The notes: generated from the sequence alone by a model not told the origin. A DNA stretch of 64,000 bases from Candidatus Poribacteria bacterium (GCA_963664215.1 OY761015.1), one strand, 5' to 3'; shown: positions 37,610 through 48,662, numbered from the stretch's first letter. Program-made: numbers and translations.

Positions 37610-39211
37610 TTATTTCGACATTACTTTGCCTTCGCCACGCGGATCCGTGCCACCGTCGTGGTGCGTTCCATCTTCCGAGACACGCACGCCGTGTCCTGGA
37701 CCTCCGATACCCGCACTTGGGGTAACTTCATGTCCGAGTTCTCTTAACGCTGTGAGCACATCTTCACCAGCGCGAGGTTCGACTTGGATCGGTTCGGCGC
37801 CATCGGAGTGGAACCGTGGTGCGTCCAGTGCCTGTTGCATTGAGACTTGTAAATCTATAAGACTCACGCTGATGTTAAACTGGTTGTTCGGGATAGTTCT
37901 GCCGCCGGGGATACCGTAAGTAGCAAAGGGTTTGCCGTCCCGCGTGGCGAGACACGGTGCCATGTTGTGAAGTGGACGTTTGCCCGGTCCTACTGAATTC
38001 GCAATCCCCGGTCGCGGATCGAAACGTCCGACACCGTGCCCGAAGAGGAGTCCTGTTCCCGGCACTGTCACCATTGAACCGAATCCACCGCCGTGTGTTT
38101 GTGTAAGGGATACCATATTCCCGTGTGCGTCCGCAGTAGAGATGTGACTCGTACAGTTCATCGGTTCATAGTAGACGACCTCCCCCGGTTGCGGCGATTT
38201 AAGCCCAGTCTTCAGTTTTTCGCTGAGTGTAGCCGTGAAACTATCGGAGAGTTCCGTTTCGATATCTATATCAACGAAAGTTGGGTCACCGAATCGACGG
38301 AGTCTTTCGGGCCAGCAGACTTTCATGGCTTCAGCGAACAGGTGGAACCTCTCAGAGACGGACATCGCCGCCACGTCAAATTCCTCTGCCAACCGGAGCA
38401 TCTGTAGCGTGGTGAGTCCACCTGCGCCGAGCGGTGCCGTATAGACCGAGTAGCCTCGATACTGAATTTCGTAGGGTTCTGTGATGAAGGGGCGGTAGTT
38501 TTTGAGATCGTCCACGGTGAGGCATCCGCCCAATTCCTGAATGTGGTTTGCAATGGTTTCGGCGATCGCACCTTCATAGAATGCGGAACGTCCGCCTTCA
38601 GCGACTGCCTCCAAAGTTCGGGCAAGTTCGGGATTTGTGAGTGTTTCCCCTTTCTTCGGCGGTCTACCATTTTTGAGGAAAACGCGTGCTGTTTCAGGGA
38701 AGTCCTGTTTCCATCGTTCCGCATTTCCTGCGATTCCACCACAGTTCGCGCTGTTCGGAGCATAGCCGTAGCGCGCGGAATTGATGGCGGGTCGGAGAAC
38801 ATCAGCGAGTGGCAGACTTCCGAACTCCTCCAAAGCCAAGCACAAGCCAGCGACGACCCCTGGCACCCCAATAGCCAACGGTCCGTGAACGTTTACGCGT
38901 CCCGGCACTCGGTACCCGGCGACTGCATCGGGTGCGTCTTCGATCGTAAACATATCCTCGGAGGCGGCAGCCGGTGCCGCAGTGTTGTAGTCTATCGCGA
39001 TGACATCTTCCGTCTGCTTACGATAGATAAGCACACAACCGCCGTACCCCGCGATACCGTTATGAGAGGGTTCCACAACCCCTTCCGCAAAGGCAGCGGC
39101 AACAGCGGCATCAACGGCGTTTCCACCGGCAAGGAGCATTTCATACCCTGCTTGGGCAGTGCGGGGATGTGGTCCAGCGACAGTCCCATAGTCCTTTTTG
39201 TGTAAAGTCAC
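37610..39211 (-). CDS. ggt: gamma-glutamyltranspeptidase
   Basis: 533 aa; GGT family N-terminal region and conserved Thr nucleophile segment. Confidence 0.8.
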   Translation of the reverse strand: MTLHKKDYGTVAGPHPRTAQAGYEMLLAGGNAVDAAVAAAFAEGVVEPSHNGIAGYGGCVLIYRKQTEDVIAIDYNTAAPAAASEDMFTIEDAPDAVAGYRVPGRVNVHGPLAIGVPGVVAGLCLALEEFGSLPLADVLRPAINSARYGYAPNSANCGGIAGNAERWKQDFPETARVFLKNGRPPKKGETLTNPELARTLEAVAEGGRSAFYEGAIAETIANHIQELGGCLTVDDLKNYRPFITEPYEIQYRGYSVYTAPLGAGGLTTLQMLRLAEEFDVAAMSVSERFHLFAEAMKVCWPERLRRFGDPTFVDIDIETELSDSFTATLSEKLKTGLKSPQPGEVVYYEPMNCTSHISTADAHGNMVSLTQTHGGGFGSMVTVPGTGLLFGHGVGRFDPRPGIANSVGPGKRPLHNMAPCLATRDGKPFATYGIPGGRTIPNNQFNISVSLIDLQVSMQQALDAPRFHSDGAEPIQVEPRAGEDVLTALRELGHEVTPSAGIGGPGHGVRVSEDGTHHDGGTDPRGEGKVMSK

Positions 39212-39683
39212 AAGTTTCTTCCTTTTGCTGAAGGCTAATACGCTGAATTCTAAAAGTTTTTCACAGAATTGTCAAGCATTTCAAGGATTGTAGACGCTTT
39301 TTTGACATATTACAGTAAAATCCGAAATTTAAGGAGACATTTTTGCTCAAGTTGGTTCGTAGTCGTGCGATTCATCGCACGTCATATCGTTCAAGATTAC
39401 CCAATTTATTTGTTAATCCTCATTAAGCAATATTAAAAAACAATCTGTTACTTCTCTACCAGGGGTCGAACTCGTAGGGGCTGGGTTTCCCTGCCCGTTA
39501 TCAATTTGGACACGCTTATTGTGGCGCAAACTGAAATTGGGTGCTGTGAATCTCTATGGATCATGAACCGCTTTCACGAAAAACGGTGTTTGCCCCTCTA
39601 AAATTTTGTAAATAGCAAGTTGGGTATTATAACCCACGTTGTTATCTATAGGCAACAGGCCTGTTTGCTCCATGTATTCGGTT

Positions 39684-39712
39684 CCCTAACGGGACGACAT
39701 CTATGTAGAAAC
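39684..39712. repeat. family C repeat (CCCTAACGGGACGACATCTATGTAGAAAC)
   Basis: Matches GGGGCGACATCTATGTAGAAAC core of 30707 and 55682 copies. Confidence 0.7.
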
Positions 39713-39803
39713 TCTTAGGAATTTCTATTCAATTTTTCAAGGAATCGTGATAAAATCTGAACACCGACATTCTCAAGCACCAATTATTGAAAGAGGAAAC
39801 CTG

Positions 39804-42350
39804 ATGAACAATCAAGTGACGTCCCCCGAAGCATTCTTTGGATTCCAACTCGGCTCTGACCGTAAGATCGCCCCTTGGGACAAGATCGTTGCGTATTTGC
39901 GCCTGTTAGAGCAGGAGAGCGACTGCCTGCGGGTCATTGATATGGGTCCCTCTACAGAGGGGAACCCGTTTCTGCTATCCATCATCTCATCGCCACAAAA
40001 TCTGGCGAATTTAGCGCGCCTGCAAACGGTCAACGCCCAAATAAGCGACCCCCGGGAACTCTCGGAGGACGCCGCGAAGTCCCTGATCGGCGAGGGAAAG
40101 GTCGTACTCTGTCAGTCAATGGGTATTCACGCCACAGAGATCGGGAGCACGCAGATGGCATCAGAACTTACCTACGATTTGATAACCAAAACGGATGCGG
40201 AAACCCAGCGCATTCTTGATAACGTGATTTTCCTGATGTTTCCCTGCCTGAACCCCGACGGACTGATGATGACAACAGATTGGTACAACGAATATCTCGA
40301 TACCGAATACGAAGGCTGTAATCTTCCGTGGCTGTATCATAAATATGCCGGGCACGACAACAACCGGGACGCCTTTATGTTGAATCTCGTGGAATCGCAA
40401 TACGTCGCACGGATTCTGTTTCAGGAGTGGCACCCGCAAGTGTTCCAAGACCACCACGAGATGGGGAGTTACGGGGCACGCCTATACATTGCTCCGTATT
40501 GTGAACCCATTCACCCGCATGCCGATCCGATCGTCTGGCGGGAGATGAGCTGGTACGGGGCGCACATGGCATACAGACTGGAAGAGGCAGGGAAGACAGG
40601 CGTCCTGAATGCCGCACAATTTCCAGCGTGGAGTCACCTCGGATTCCACTGGATCGGGAACTATCACAACATCGCTAGCATCTTGACAGAATCTGCACAC
40701 ACCCAGATGGCGACACCCTTGTATATCCACAAGGCGCAATTGAAAGCCCAAGGTGGACGACTCAGGGCATTTCCGCATTATAAACCGCAGACCAATTTTC
40801 CGCATCCGTGGCTCGGCGGTTGGTGGCGATTACGCGACATCGTCGAGCAACAGAAGATTGCCGCCTGGGGCTTGCTCGATTTAGCGGCGCGGCACAAGGA
40901 TACCATCCTATCGAACGCATATCTGAAAGCGAAACGTCAGACGGCGCGTGGGGCTACGGGGACGCCAAAGGCGTATCTCATCCGTCCGATACAGCATGAT
41001 ACCTTGACCGTCGTGGATCTGATCAATAAACTGATCGCCCAAGGGATTGACATCCAGAAAGCAACGCAAACCTTCACCACCAATGATGTAACCTATCCGG
41101 CGGGTACGTACGCCATTTTCCTCAATCAGCCGAAAATGGCGATCATCAAAACCCTGCTCGGACAGACCTTTTTCCCTGATGATGCTTGGACACGCACGCC
41201 GGACGGTGTGCCAAATCGACCGTATGATACGGCGACGGACACAATAGCGGAGTTTATGGGTGTGAATGTCGAACCTGTCGATGCTTTGATATGCGATACT
41301 GCTATTTTCGATCTACTTACAGCACCCGAGCAGCCCACGGGACGGTTGGTTGGCGAATCGGAATTTGGCTATATCTTCGATGGGCGACTCAACGAAAGCT
41401 TCAGGCTGGTCAACGAGTTACTGGCGCGAGACAGCCGAGTCATCCGGGTTGATGAAGCCATCGAAGTTGGAGATACGCAATTTCCACCGGGAGCGTTTGT
41501 AGTTCTTGCTGAATCGAGAGAGACTCTTGACGAATTGACGCGCAATTCCGGGGTCACGTTCTATGCCTTAGAACAGGAACTCTTGGTCCCCTGTCATGAT
41601 GTCCAACAATTGCGCATCGGTATGTACCAGCGATACCACGGGGGCAATATGGATGAAGGGTGGACGCGATTGGTCCTTGAACAGTTCGGATTCTCCTATC
41701 AGACGTTGAAAGACGATGACATCACGGGCGGCGACTTAAGACAGCGACTTGACGTTTTCATACTCCCCGATGACACCACCAACGGGATTGTTGGCAAAGC
41801 GGAAACGGATGAAACCGACGAAGATGAATCCAAGGAATTCAACGTTCCGCCAGCGTACCGAAGCGGTATCGGTAAGGAAGGGGTTAAAGCGATTAAGCAG
41901 TTCGTCGAAGAAGGAGGAACGCTACTTGCCCTTAACGAGGCGTGTGAGTTCGCAATTGAGACATTGGATTTGCAAGTCAGCAATACCCTTAAAGGAAAGT
42001 CATCGAAGTCGTTCTTTTGTCCCGGCTCGACATTGAAAGCGTCTGTTGACACAAATCACCCGCTTGGATACGGTATGCCTGATGAAACGCTCGTCCTGTT
42101 CTGGGATAGTCCGGCATTCGAGATTCAACACTCACGCTTCAGTGAAAGATATGAGCTTGTTGTTCAGTATCCAGAAAAGGCTATCTTGAAAAGCGGTTGG
42201 CTTATCGGTGAGGACCATCTCGCGGCACAAGCGGCTATGGTCTCGGCGCAATATGGTGCCGGACGTGTCATCCTTTTCGGATTTCGACCGCAGTTCCGTG
42301 CACAAACCCGTGGGACGTTTAAGTTGTTTTTTAATCCGCTTCTCGGTTAG
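39804..42350 (+). CDS. M14 family zinc carboxypeptidase-like protein with large C-terminal extension
   Basis: Start at Met20 of track ORF (RBS AAGAGGAAA); GIHATE (HxxE) and LNPDG M14 motifs. Confidence 0.55.
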   Translation: MNNQVTSPEAFFGFQLGSDRKIAPWDKIVAYLRLLEQESDCLRVIDMGPSTEGNPFLLSIISSPQNLANLARLQTVNAQISDPRELSEDAAKSLIGEGKVVLCQSMGIHATEIGSTQMASELTYDLITKTDAETQRILDNVIFLMFPCLNPDGLMMTTDWYNEYLDTEYEGCNLPWLYHKYAGHDNNRDAFMLNLVESQYVARILFQEWHPQVFQDHHEMGSYGARLYIAPYCEPIHPHADPIVWREMSWYGAHMAYRLEEAGKTGVLNAAQFPAWSHLGFHWIGNYHNIASILTESAHTQMATPLYIHKAQLKAQGGRLRAFPHYKPQTNFPHPWLGGWWRLRDIVEQQKIAAWGLLDLAARHKDTILSNAYLKAKRQTARGATGTPKAYLIRPIQHDTLTVVDLINKLIAQGIDIQKATQTFTTNDVTYPAGTYAIFLNQPKMAIIKTLLGQTFFPDDAWTRTPDGVPNRPYDTATDTIAEFMGVNVEPVDALICDTAIFDLLTAPEQPTGRLVGESEFGYIFDGRLNESFRLVNELLARDSRVIRVDEAIEVGDTQFPPGAFVVLAESRETLDELTRNSGVTFYALEQELLVPCHDVQQLRIGMYQRYHGGNMDEGWTRLVLEQFGFSYQTLKDDDITGGDLRQRLDVFILPDDTTNGIVGKAETDETDEDESKEFNVPPAYRSGIGKEGVKAIKQFVEEGGTLLALNEACEFAIETLDLQVSNTLKGKSSKSFFCPGSTLKASVDTNHPLGYGMPDETLVLFWDSPAFEIQHSRFSERYELVVQYPEKAILKSGWLIGEDHLAAQAAMVSAQYGAGRVILFGFRPQFRAQTRGTFKLFFNPLLG

Positions 42351-42557
42351 GGACTCACAAGTGTGCGACAGTGAAAGCAGCGCGTTTCAGGTAATCTCTA
42401 AGGTTATGGATTCAGAGATCGCACAGCAAGAGAACTATGGTAAACCCAAAAAATAAATAGACATTTTCCTTGACCCGGTAGGCGAGGATTGTATCCTCGC
42501 CTCTTTGGCGTGTCTAATTAATTCTAAGCTTTACCATAAATGCCTCTGGCGTTTTGT

Positions 42558-42586
42558 TTGACATACCGTCCGAAACTGTGTATAAT
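42558..42586 (+). promoter_or_regulatory. consensus sigma70 promoter TTGACA-N17-TATAAT upstream of nusB
   Basis: TTGACA 42558-42563, TATAAT 42581-42586, followed by CCGCAAGGTAAATTAAAACTATG leader. Confidence 0.6.
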
Positions 42587-42628
42587 ACTAAGGTATAATT
42601 AAAAATCTCCGCAAGGTAAATTAAAACT

Positions 42629-43048
42629 ATGTCTCTCCGTAGGCGATCTCGCATCGTTGCGATGCAAATACTATATCAGATTCAACTCACCGCCGCGCCA
42701 GTGCCAAGCGTTATGGAACGGTTTTGGCAGAGCCAAGACACATCGGCAGAACTCCGACCCTTCGCTTTGGAACTCGTTGAAGGCACGACTTCACATCTGG
42801 AGGCGATTGATACAATACTCCAAGATACATCCAAAAATTGGAAACTCCACCGGATGCCTGTCGTCGATCTCTCTATTCTGCGATGTGCAACTTACGAAAT
42901 TCTCTATCTTGACGATATCGACGCGGCAACCTCGATCAACGAGGCTGTTGAGATCGCTAAATCCTACAGCACCCCGGACTCCCCTAAATTTATCAATGGG
43001 GTCTTGGACAATATCCGAAAAAAACATCCGCATGTTCCTGAATCTTAA
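42629..43048 (+). CDS. nusB: transcription antitermination factor NusB
   Basis: 139 aa; MSLRRRSRIVAMQILYQ N-terminus typical of NusB. Confidence 0.8.
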   Translation: MSLRRRSRIVAMQILYQIQLTAAPVPSVMERFWQSQDTSAELRPFALELVEGTTSHLEAIDTILQDTSKNWKLHRMPVVDLSILRCATYEILYLDDIDAATSINEAVEIAKSYSTPDSPKFINGVLDNIRKKHPHVPES

Positions 43049-43083
43049 CATATCCTATTTCTGATTAATTTTTGACCCCAGGC

Positions 43084-43111
43084 CTGGTAGGTGCGGTTTC
43101 ACAACCGCACC
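43084..43111 (+). terminator. family B hairpin (GGTAGGTGCGGTT-tcac-AACCGCACC) downstream of nusB
   Basis: Perfect 8 bp stem; family also at 19914-19936, 30581-30603, 36487-36507 and inverted at 55803-55829. Confidence 0.5.
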
Positions 43112-43443
43112 GGAGTGGCGAAAAGAGGCATGAAACCCAAGATTTTCTTAAAACTAAATGACCCTGTAGGTTGGGTAGAGCGGTAAAACACCAAGAAACT
43201 TTTAAGTATACAGAGAATTCCCAGTGTCAATAACCGATCCGTAAAGATATACATAGCGAAACCCAACAATTCAAGTGCTACAGGTGCGATAATCCGTTGG
43301 GTTTCACTCAGCATACTCCTGGTCCAGTTCACTACCAAGGCAGAGGAATATGGCTCATTAACATCTACTTTCAAAGTTTCCGTTCTACCCAACCTACAAG
43401 AAACTGATCCTTATCAAATTCATGTTAATCCTATAAAGTTCAA

Positions 43444-45303
43444 ATGTTTAACTTAAAATACTTAATGTTTTGTTTGTTATTCCTGATGCCGATGTCTATA
43501 GACGCCGCGCAGGAATTCAAATTTGTGAATGCGTTCGGTGAGAAAGGAGCGGGTGAAGCACAATTCGCAAAAACCGTGTTCATGGCGTTCGGTCCTGACG
43601 GTGCCATTTACGTAACGGATACAGATAACTTCCGGATACAGAAGTTCAATGAGATGGGAGTTTTTGTATTTGACATCCGGATGCAAGCAGAGAGCGAGTT
43701 CCGGTTCATTAACCCTACAGCTATCGCTATTGGGACGGATAGCAGTATCTATGTAATGGATTGGATGTTCGTGGAGATTTCAGCGGAGGCACGCCATCAC
43801 GATGATCGGGATCGCGGGACCTCCGAAGACGCAGACCTGCAAGAGGATCAGAATCCCAAGATATTCAACTACGGTCCGTGTATCCATAAGTTTGATGCGA
43901 GCGGTATATTTATCGCAAGTTACCCGATCCAAGATTTGAGCCAGCGGATAAAACGTCTTGAAGCCGCCGCCCCAGGCTTAGATGCGGATGGTAATTATGC
44001 CCTAATTATTCCACAGGGCGACACGAAACGGAAATTTCTACTAACAACCGATGTCCAGAATAATCTCTATGTTTGCGACAATGGTGTGCCGAATAAGCTT
44101 ATCGTCAAATTGGATGCGAACGGCAAAACGGTTGCCCGCTATTTCCTTGACCAACCCGGGGTGGGATACATCGCACAGCCCGCGGATATGGCGGCGGATA
44201 AAGATGGGAATCTCTATGTCGTTGATGAAAAGGGGCATCGGGTCCTGAAATACAATGCCGATGGGAAGTTCGAGCGTGCCTTTGGTAAGTATGGCGATGC
44301 CGCTGGGGAATTTATCGCACCTTTTCGGATAACGACATTGGCAGATGGCACGCTTCTGATCGCCGATACAGCGAAATACTTAAAGGACTTCGCCTCCACG
44401 CTCCCGAAACGACTCGACGATCCGACCCGACGCTACGACGGTTATACAAGGCTGTTTCGCTATCGACTGCGCCGGATCCAACGATTTACGACCGATGGTG
44501 CTTATACACAGAAGTTACTGATCCCTTTTCAACGAGAAGTTGAGACCGATCTGGCACTCCAACTCAAAGGTATTGACAGACGTGGGAACCTTTACTATCT
44601 GGATCCAGCAGAACAGCAATTTAGGAAATACGCACCAACCACGTCATTGATCTCCTCAATGTTCCAAACGGAGCTTAAACTCCGTTATACACGCAATCTA
44701 CACGACGTTGAAATCGACAATCAAGATGATTTGGACGCAGATCTCTATACCAAATCCGATTTTGACGAACAAATTATTCAAGATACCGCGCACGCAAATT
44801 TGACCTTCTCTTACGATCTCAGTGAGGCGTACCGCATCGCGGTGTCGAATCGACTCACGTACGTGCGAATGACCGATACGAGTTATTATCGGGCAAGGGA
44901 TTTTGAGGACTTCCGCGGACGGTTCAATCAAGATGATCGGGCGACTGAAAACTCTTGGGACGATCGTATCCAACTTGATTTTACATGGGTTCGCGATCAT
45001 AGTCTCTATAATTATCGGGAAGCGCGTGTCTTTGCCTACTATAGCCTCATCCGCGTCGATTTCATCAACGATGCCCTTGACAGTTTCAACTTCCGATTCT
45101 TCGACTTCAACGCCAACCTCTCTGACTGGGGGGCAGGGATACACTACGACTTGAGTCGAACGTTCCGCCTGAATTTTGAGATCACACATTTCTTCGGTGA
45201 GAATCGGTATACCTATGTTGACGAAACGAATGTGCTCTACACCACCGGTTTCCAGGAAGGAGATCTGACCCGCGCTGTGCTGTCTATAAATGGGATCTTT
45301 TAA
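43444..45303 (+). CDS. NHL-repeat beta-propeller protein with C-terminal putative beta-barrel domain
   Basis: 619 aa; signal peptide; NHL units (GAIYVTDTDNFRIQKF, GNLYVVDEKGHRVLKY); C-terminal 250 aa ends ...LSINGIF. Confidence 0.5.
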   Translation: MFNLKYLMFCLLFLMPMSIDAAQEFKFVNAFGEKGAGEAQFAKTVFMAFGPDGAIYVTDTDNFRIQKFNEMGVFVFDIRMQAESEFRFINPTAIAIGTDSSIYVMDWMFVEISAEARHHDDRDRGTSEDADLQEDQNPKIFNYGPCIHKFDASGIFIASYPIQDLSQRIKRLEAAAPGLDADGNYALIIPQGDTKRKFLLTTDVQNNLYVCDNGVPNKLIVKLDANGKTVARYFLDQPGVGYIAQPADMAADKDGNLYVVDEKGHRVLKYNADGKFERAFGKYGDAAGEFIAPFRITTLADGTLLIADTAKYLKDFASTLPKRLDDPTRRYDGYTRLFRYRLRRIQRFTTDGAYTQKLLIPFQREVETDLALQLKGIDRRGNLYYLDPAEQQFRKYAPTTSLISSMFQTELKLRYTRNLHDVEIDNQDDLDADLYTKSDFDEQIIQDTAHANLTFSYDLSEAYRIAVSNRLTYVRMTDTSYYRARDFEDFRGRFNQDDRATENSWDDRIQLDFTWVRDHSLYNYREARVFAYYSLIRVDFINDALDSFNFRFFDFNANLSDWGAGIHYDLSRTFRLNFEITHFFGENRYTYVDETNVLYTTGFQEGDLTRAVLSINGIF

Positions 45304-45384
45304 AAGGGTTGCAAAATATCCCCAAATTAGATATTATCAGGTTTGAAGTCCTTGTGAGGTGTGCTCAAAATGCTTGTGAGGTAA

Positions 45385-45735
45385 ATGAAGTGTCTTGTGG
45401 AACATGTCCAAAGGAGATTTTCAGCGGTGCAAACATACCCTTTATTACAACTCACCGAAGAAACACTCAATGCACTTGTAACTCTGGACGAGCAGCCAGA
45501 TGTATCTGACAAATGGGATGAAATGACATGTGTTCTGGCTCCCGAAGAAATCATGTTACTTAACCATCTCAAATCTCTCTTGCATGGACGCCACCTAGTA
45601 CTCATGAACGAGGCCACCCTATGGGCACGTGCTATCTATCCGTTGTTGGTTCTTGCAGAGCAAGGACATATTCAAGCGACCGAAAAACCGACACTCAACA
45701 TTGAATTCGGTCCTGTCCACAATGGTGTTCTCTAA
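45385..45735 (+). CDS. hypothetical protein
   Basis: 116 aa; GAGG RBS 3 nt upstream; preceded by TTGCAA-N17-TATTAT promoter at 45309-45337. Confidence 0.3.
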   Translation: MKCLVEHVQRRFSAVQTYPLLQLTEETLNALVTLDEQPDVSDKWDEMTCVLAPEEIMLLNHLKSLLHGRHLVLMNEATLWARAIYPLLVLAEQGHIQATEKPTLNIEFGPVHNGVL

Positions 45736-45812
45736 GCGGAACGTATCGTTCAGATTCTGAAATCTATTGTCGCTAAGCACTCAAAGGTCAATTACGCATA
45801 GGAGGTATTAAC

Positions 45813-46660
45813 ATGGCATCTTTTGGAACAGGTGATTATCAGTATGAAGTCGTCGAAGGGTGGGGGATGATTCCGCAACTCGGACTCGTTTCCGGCGTAG
45901 CATGCGACTCAAATGACAGAGTCTACGTTTTTAATCGGAGTCCACAACCTGCGATGCTCGTTTTCGAGGCAGATGGCACCTTCGTAACGGAATGGGGTAA
46001 GGACATCTTTCAGAAACCACACGGTATCTGGATAAGTCCCGACGATGAAATCTATACCACAGACACCGTTGATCATACCGTGCGGAAATTCTCGCTGGGT
46101 GGGGAATTGTTAGAGACCTTCGGCACTGTCGACCAGCCGGGACCACCAGGCGGACCTTTTAATGAACCGACGCGTGCTGTTCTCTCGACATCTGGGAGAT
46201 GTACGTCTCTGATGGCTATGGACAGTCGCGGGTGCACCGAATGACTGCCGATGGTGAGGTTATCGTTTCATGGGGCGCACCTGGCACCGGACCTGGTGAA
46301 TTTAACCTTCCACACGATGTTACCGTGGACCATAATGACCGCGTTTATATTCTCGATCGTGGGAACCTCCGCTGTCAGATTTTTAACAACAACGGTGAAT
46401 ACCTGACGGAGTGGACAGATCTCCGTTCCCCGAATGATCTTTTCATTGATAGTGATAACATCATTCACATCGCTGAAGGTGGGCAGCGCATCAGCATCAT
46501 GACGCTTGAGGGTGACGTCATCGGACGGTGGGGCGAGAAGGGAGATGCTCCCGGACAATTCAGTGATTCCCCACACGGCATTTGGATCGATTCAAATGGG
46601 AACATCTATGTCAGTGAAGTCATCGCTGATAGACGTTTCCAGAAATTCGCAAGGGTTTAA
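45813..46660 (+). pseudogene. NHL-repeat protein gene interrupted by -1 frameshift in a G-run (track ORFs 45813-46244 and 46199-46660 are one gene)
   Basis: Frame A ends ...FNEPTRAVLSTSGRCTSL; frame B continues ...IWEMYVSDGYGQSRVHRMTADGE; restoring one G at 46194-46196 (GGG to GGGG) gives ...AVLSTSGEMYVSDGYGQSRV, a canonical NHL unit. Confidence 0.6.
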
Positions 46661-46758
46661 TTGGTTAACTGAAACGCAACCAACGGGCGTGCTGACTCGA
46701 ACCTAATACGGGTCAAATTTCAATTTGCTGTTACTTATCCGCAAGGAATAATTAAAAA

Positions 46759-47751
46759 ATGGTTCAACATCTATGTTTTGGCAGTGCGATGTGTAAACGT
46801 GTATTGCAGATCAGTCTCATTGTTATCGGTGTTATGGTGTGTGCGTCGGCTTTTGCTGACGAAGGGCATGAACATTCAGGCGATCGGATAAAAGAGTTTA
46901 TGACCCAACCGCTGACGCTCCAGTTTATAATCGCTGCGCTCGTCATCTCATTCGTACTCGGCGGCTTGCACGCATTGACACCCGGACACGGGAAAGCCAT
47001 AGTCGCCGCTTATCTCGTCGGTTCCAAAGGCAGGGTAATTGACGCAGTTTTTCTTGGGCTTGTTGTCACCTTTACGCACACCTTCAGTGTCATAGCACTT
47101 GGCATCGTGATGCTGGTAGCACAAGGGTTCGCACCGGAGGATATCGTTCCGTGGTTAAGTCTATTCTCTGGTGTTTTAATTGTGGGTATAGGCGCGTGGC
47201 TGTTCACGAAAAATATGAAACAGTACTATACTGGTGGTGCACACAGCCACAGCCATGGACATGGAGACGGGCATCACCACCCGCATGACCACGACCATTC
47301 ACATGACCATGACCCCGACCACGACCATGATCATAATCACGATCACGGTCATTCACATGATCACGACCATGACCCCGACCAGGGACTTACACACAGTCAT
47401 GGGGGACGGGTGCATAGTCATGCCCCGCCGGAACGGACAGGTTTTTGGGGATTGCTATCGCTCGGTATCTCCGGTGGCATTGTCCCTTGTGTTGATGCGC
47501 TCGTTGGGCTTCTGTTCGCGATTAATCTCAACAAACTTGTCTGGGGTCTAATTATTCTATGTGCTTTCTCATTGGGGCTTGCCGCTGTTCTGGTTGCTAT
47601 CGGTATTCTGATGGTGATGGCGAAACCGTTGTTTGAACGCTTCACAGGCGAAGGTATCTGGCTCCAACGCCTACCGATTATCAGTGCCGCTGTCGTTGTT
47701 CTGCTCGGTGCAGTATTAGTATTCAAGGCACTCAACACTGTCGGTATTTAG
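46759..47751 (+). CDS. NicO/RcnA family nickel/cobalt transporter with histidine-rich loop
   Basis: 330 aa; LTPGHGKA motif; long HDHDHSHDHDPDHDHDHNHDHGHSHDHDHD loop. Confidence 0.65.
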   Translation: MVQHLCFGSAMCKRVLQISLIVIGVMVCASAFADEGHEHSGDRIKEFMTQPLTLQFIIAALVISFVLGGLHALTPGHGKAIVAAYLVGSKGRVIDAVFLGLVVTFTHTFSVIALGIVMLVAQGFAPEDIVPWLSLFSGVLIVGIGAWLFTKNMKQYYTGGAHSHSHGHGDGHHHPHDHDHSHDHDPDHDHDHNHDHGHSHDHDHDPDQGLTHSHGGRVHSHAPPERTGFWGLLSLGISGGIVPCVDALVGLLFAINLNKLVWGLIILCAFSLGLAAVLVAIGILMVMAKPLFERFTGEGIWLQRLPIISAAVVVLLGAVLVFKALNTVGI

Positions 47752-47771
47752 ATTTGAAAAGGAGGCAACCT

Positions 47772-48653
47772 ATGCCGAATACTGTTGGAATCTTAAGTCC
47801 CGGTGATATGGGACACACCGTCGGGAATGTTCTCCGTCAAAACGGTTTGCGCGTCATTACTTGTCTGGAGGGAAGGAGCCAACGTACTCGAGAACTCGCT
47901 GAGAAAGCAGGCATTGTGGATGTATCAACGTATCCGCAATTCGTCACCGAAGCCGATCTGATCCTCTCAATCATGGTACCCGCACAGGCGATGTCCGCCG
48001 CCTCTATAGTCGCAGAAACGCTACAGCAGGTGGACACGACGTTAACATACACCGATTGCAACGCCATCGCACCACAGACGGTTCGTAAATTGGGTGAGAT
48101 CATCACCTCTGCGGGTGGAACGTTCGTTGATGCCTCCATCATCGGTCCACCACCACGCACACCAGGAGCAACGCGCTTCTACGCATCGGGACCCGACCTT
48201 GACCTGTTTTCAGAACTCAACGATTATGGATTAGATGTGAGGGCGCTCGGTGAGGAGATAGGACTCGCTTCGGCGATTAAGATGTGCTACGCCTCTCTGA
48301 CAAAAGGGTTGACCGCGCTCTGTACCGAACTGCTCACAGCGGCATCCATGTTAGGGGTTTCAGACGCACTCACTGCGGAGTTTCAATTGAGTCAATCTGC
48401 ACTTTTTGAAAGGATGGAAAAAGGGTTGCCGAGTATGCCACCGAAAGCGAGACGCTGGATCGGTGAGATGGAAGAGATTTCAGCAACCTTTGCGCATGTC
48501 GGGTTGACACCGAACATCTTGACGGGTGCAGCGGACATGTATCGGTTTGTTGGGGACACGCATCTCGCGGATCTTCCCCCTGAGGCGCGTGACGAATTTC
48601 CGGACTTGGCAGGATTGATTGAAATCTTAGCGAAGAATCTTAAATCGGAATAG
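47772..48653 (+). CDS. NAD(P)-binding dehydrogenase (6-PGDH/HIBADH-like N-terminal fold)
   Basis: Start at MPNTVGILSPGDMGHTVG (AAGGAGG 7 nt upstream); Rossmann GxGxxG. Confidence 0.55.
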   Translation: MPNTVGILSPGDMGHTVGNVLRQNGLRVITCLEGRSQRTRELAEKAGIVDVSTYPQFVTEADLILSIMVPAQAMSAASIVAETLQQVDTTLTYTDCNAIAPQTVRKLGEIITSAGGTFVDASIIGPPPRTPGATRFYASGPDLDLFSELNDYGLDVRALGEEIGLASAIKMCYASLTKGLTALCTELLTAASMLGVSDALTAEFQLSQSALFERMEKGLPSMPPKARRWIGEMEEISATFAHVGLTPNILTGAADMYRFVGDTHLADLPPEARDEFPDLAGLIEILAKNLKSE

Positions 48654-48662
48654 AGAAGGGTA

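Noticed and set aside
47240-47410. Apparent DNA repeat (CATGACCATGACCCCGACCACGACCATGA...)
   Set aside because: It is the coding sequence of the His/Asp-rich loop of the RcnA-like transporter, not an independent repeat element.
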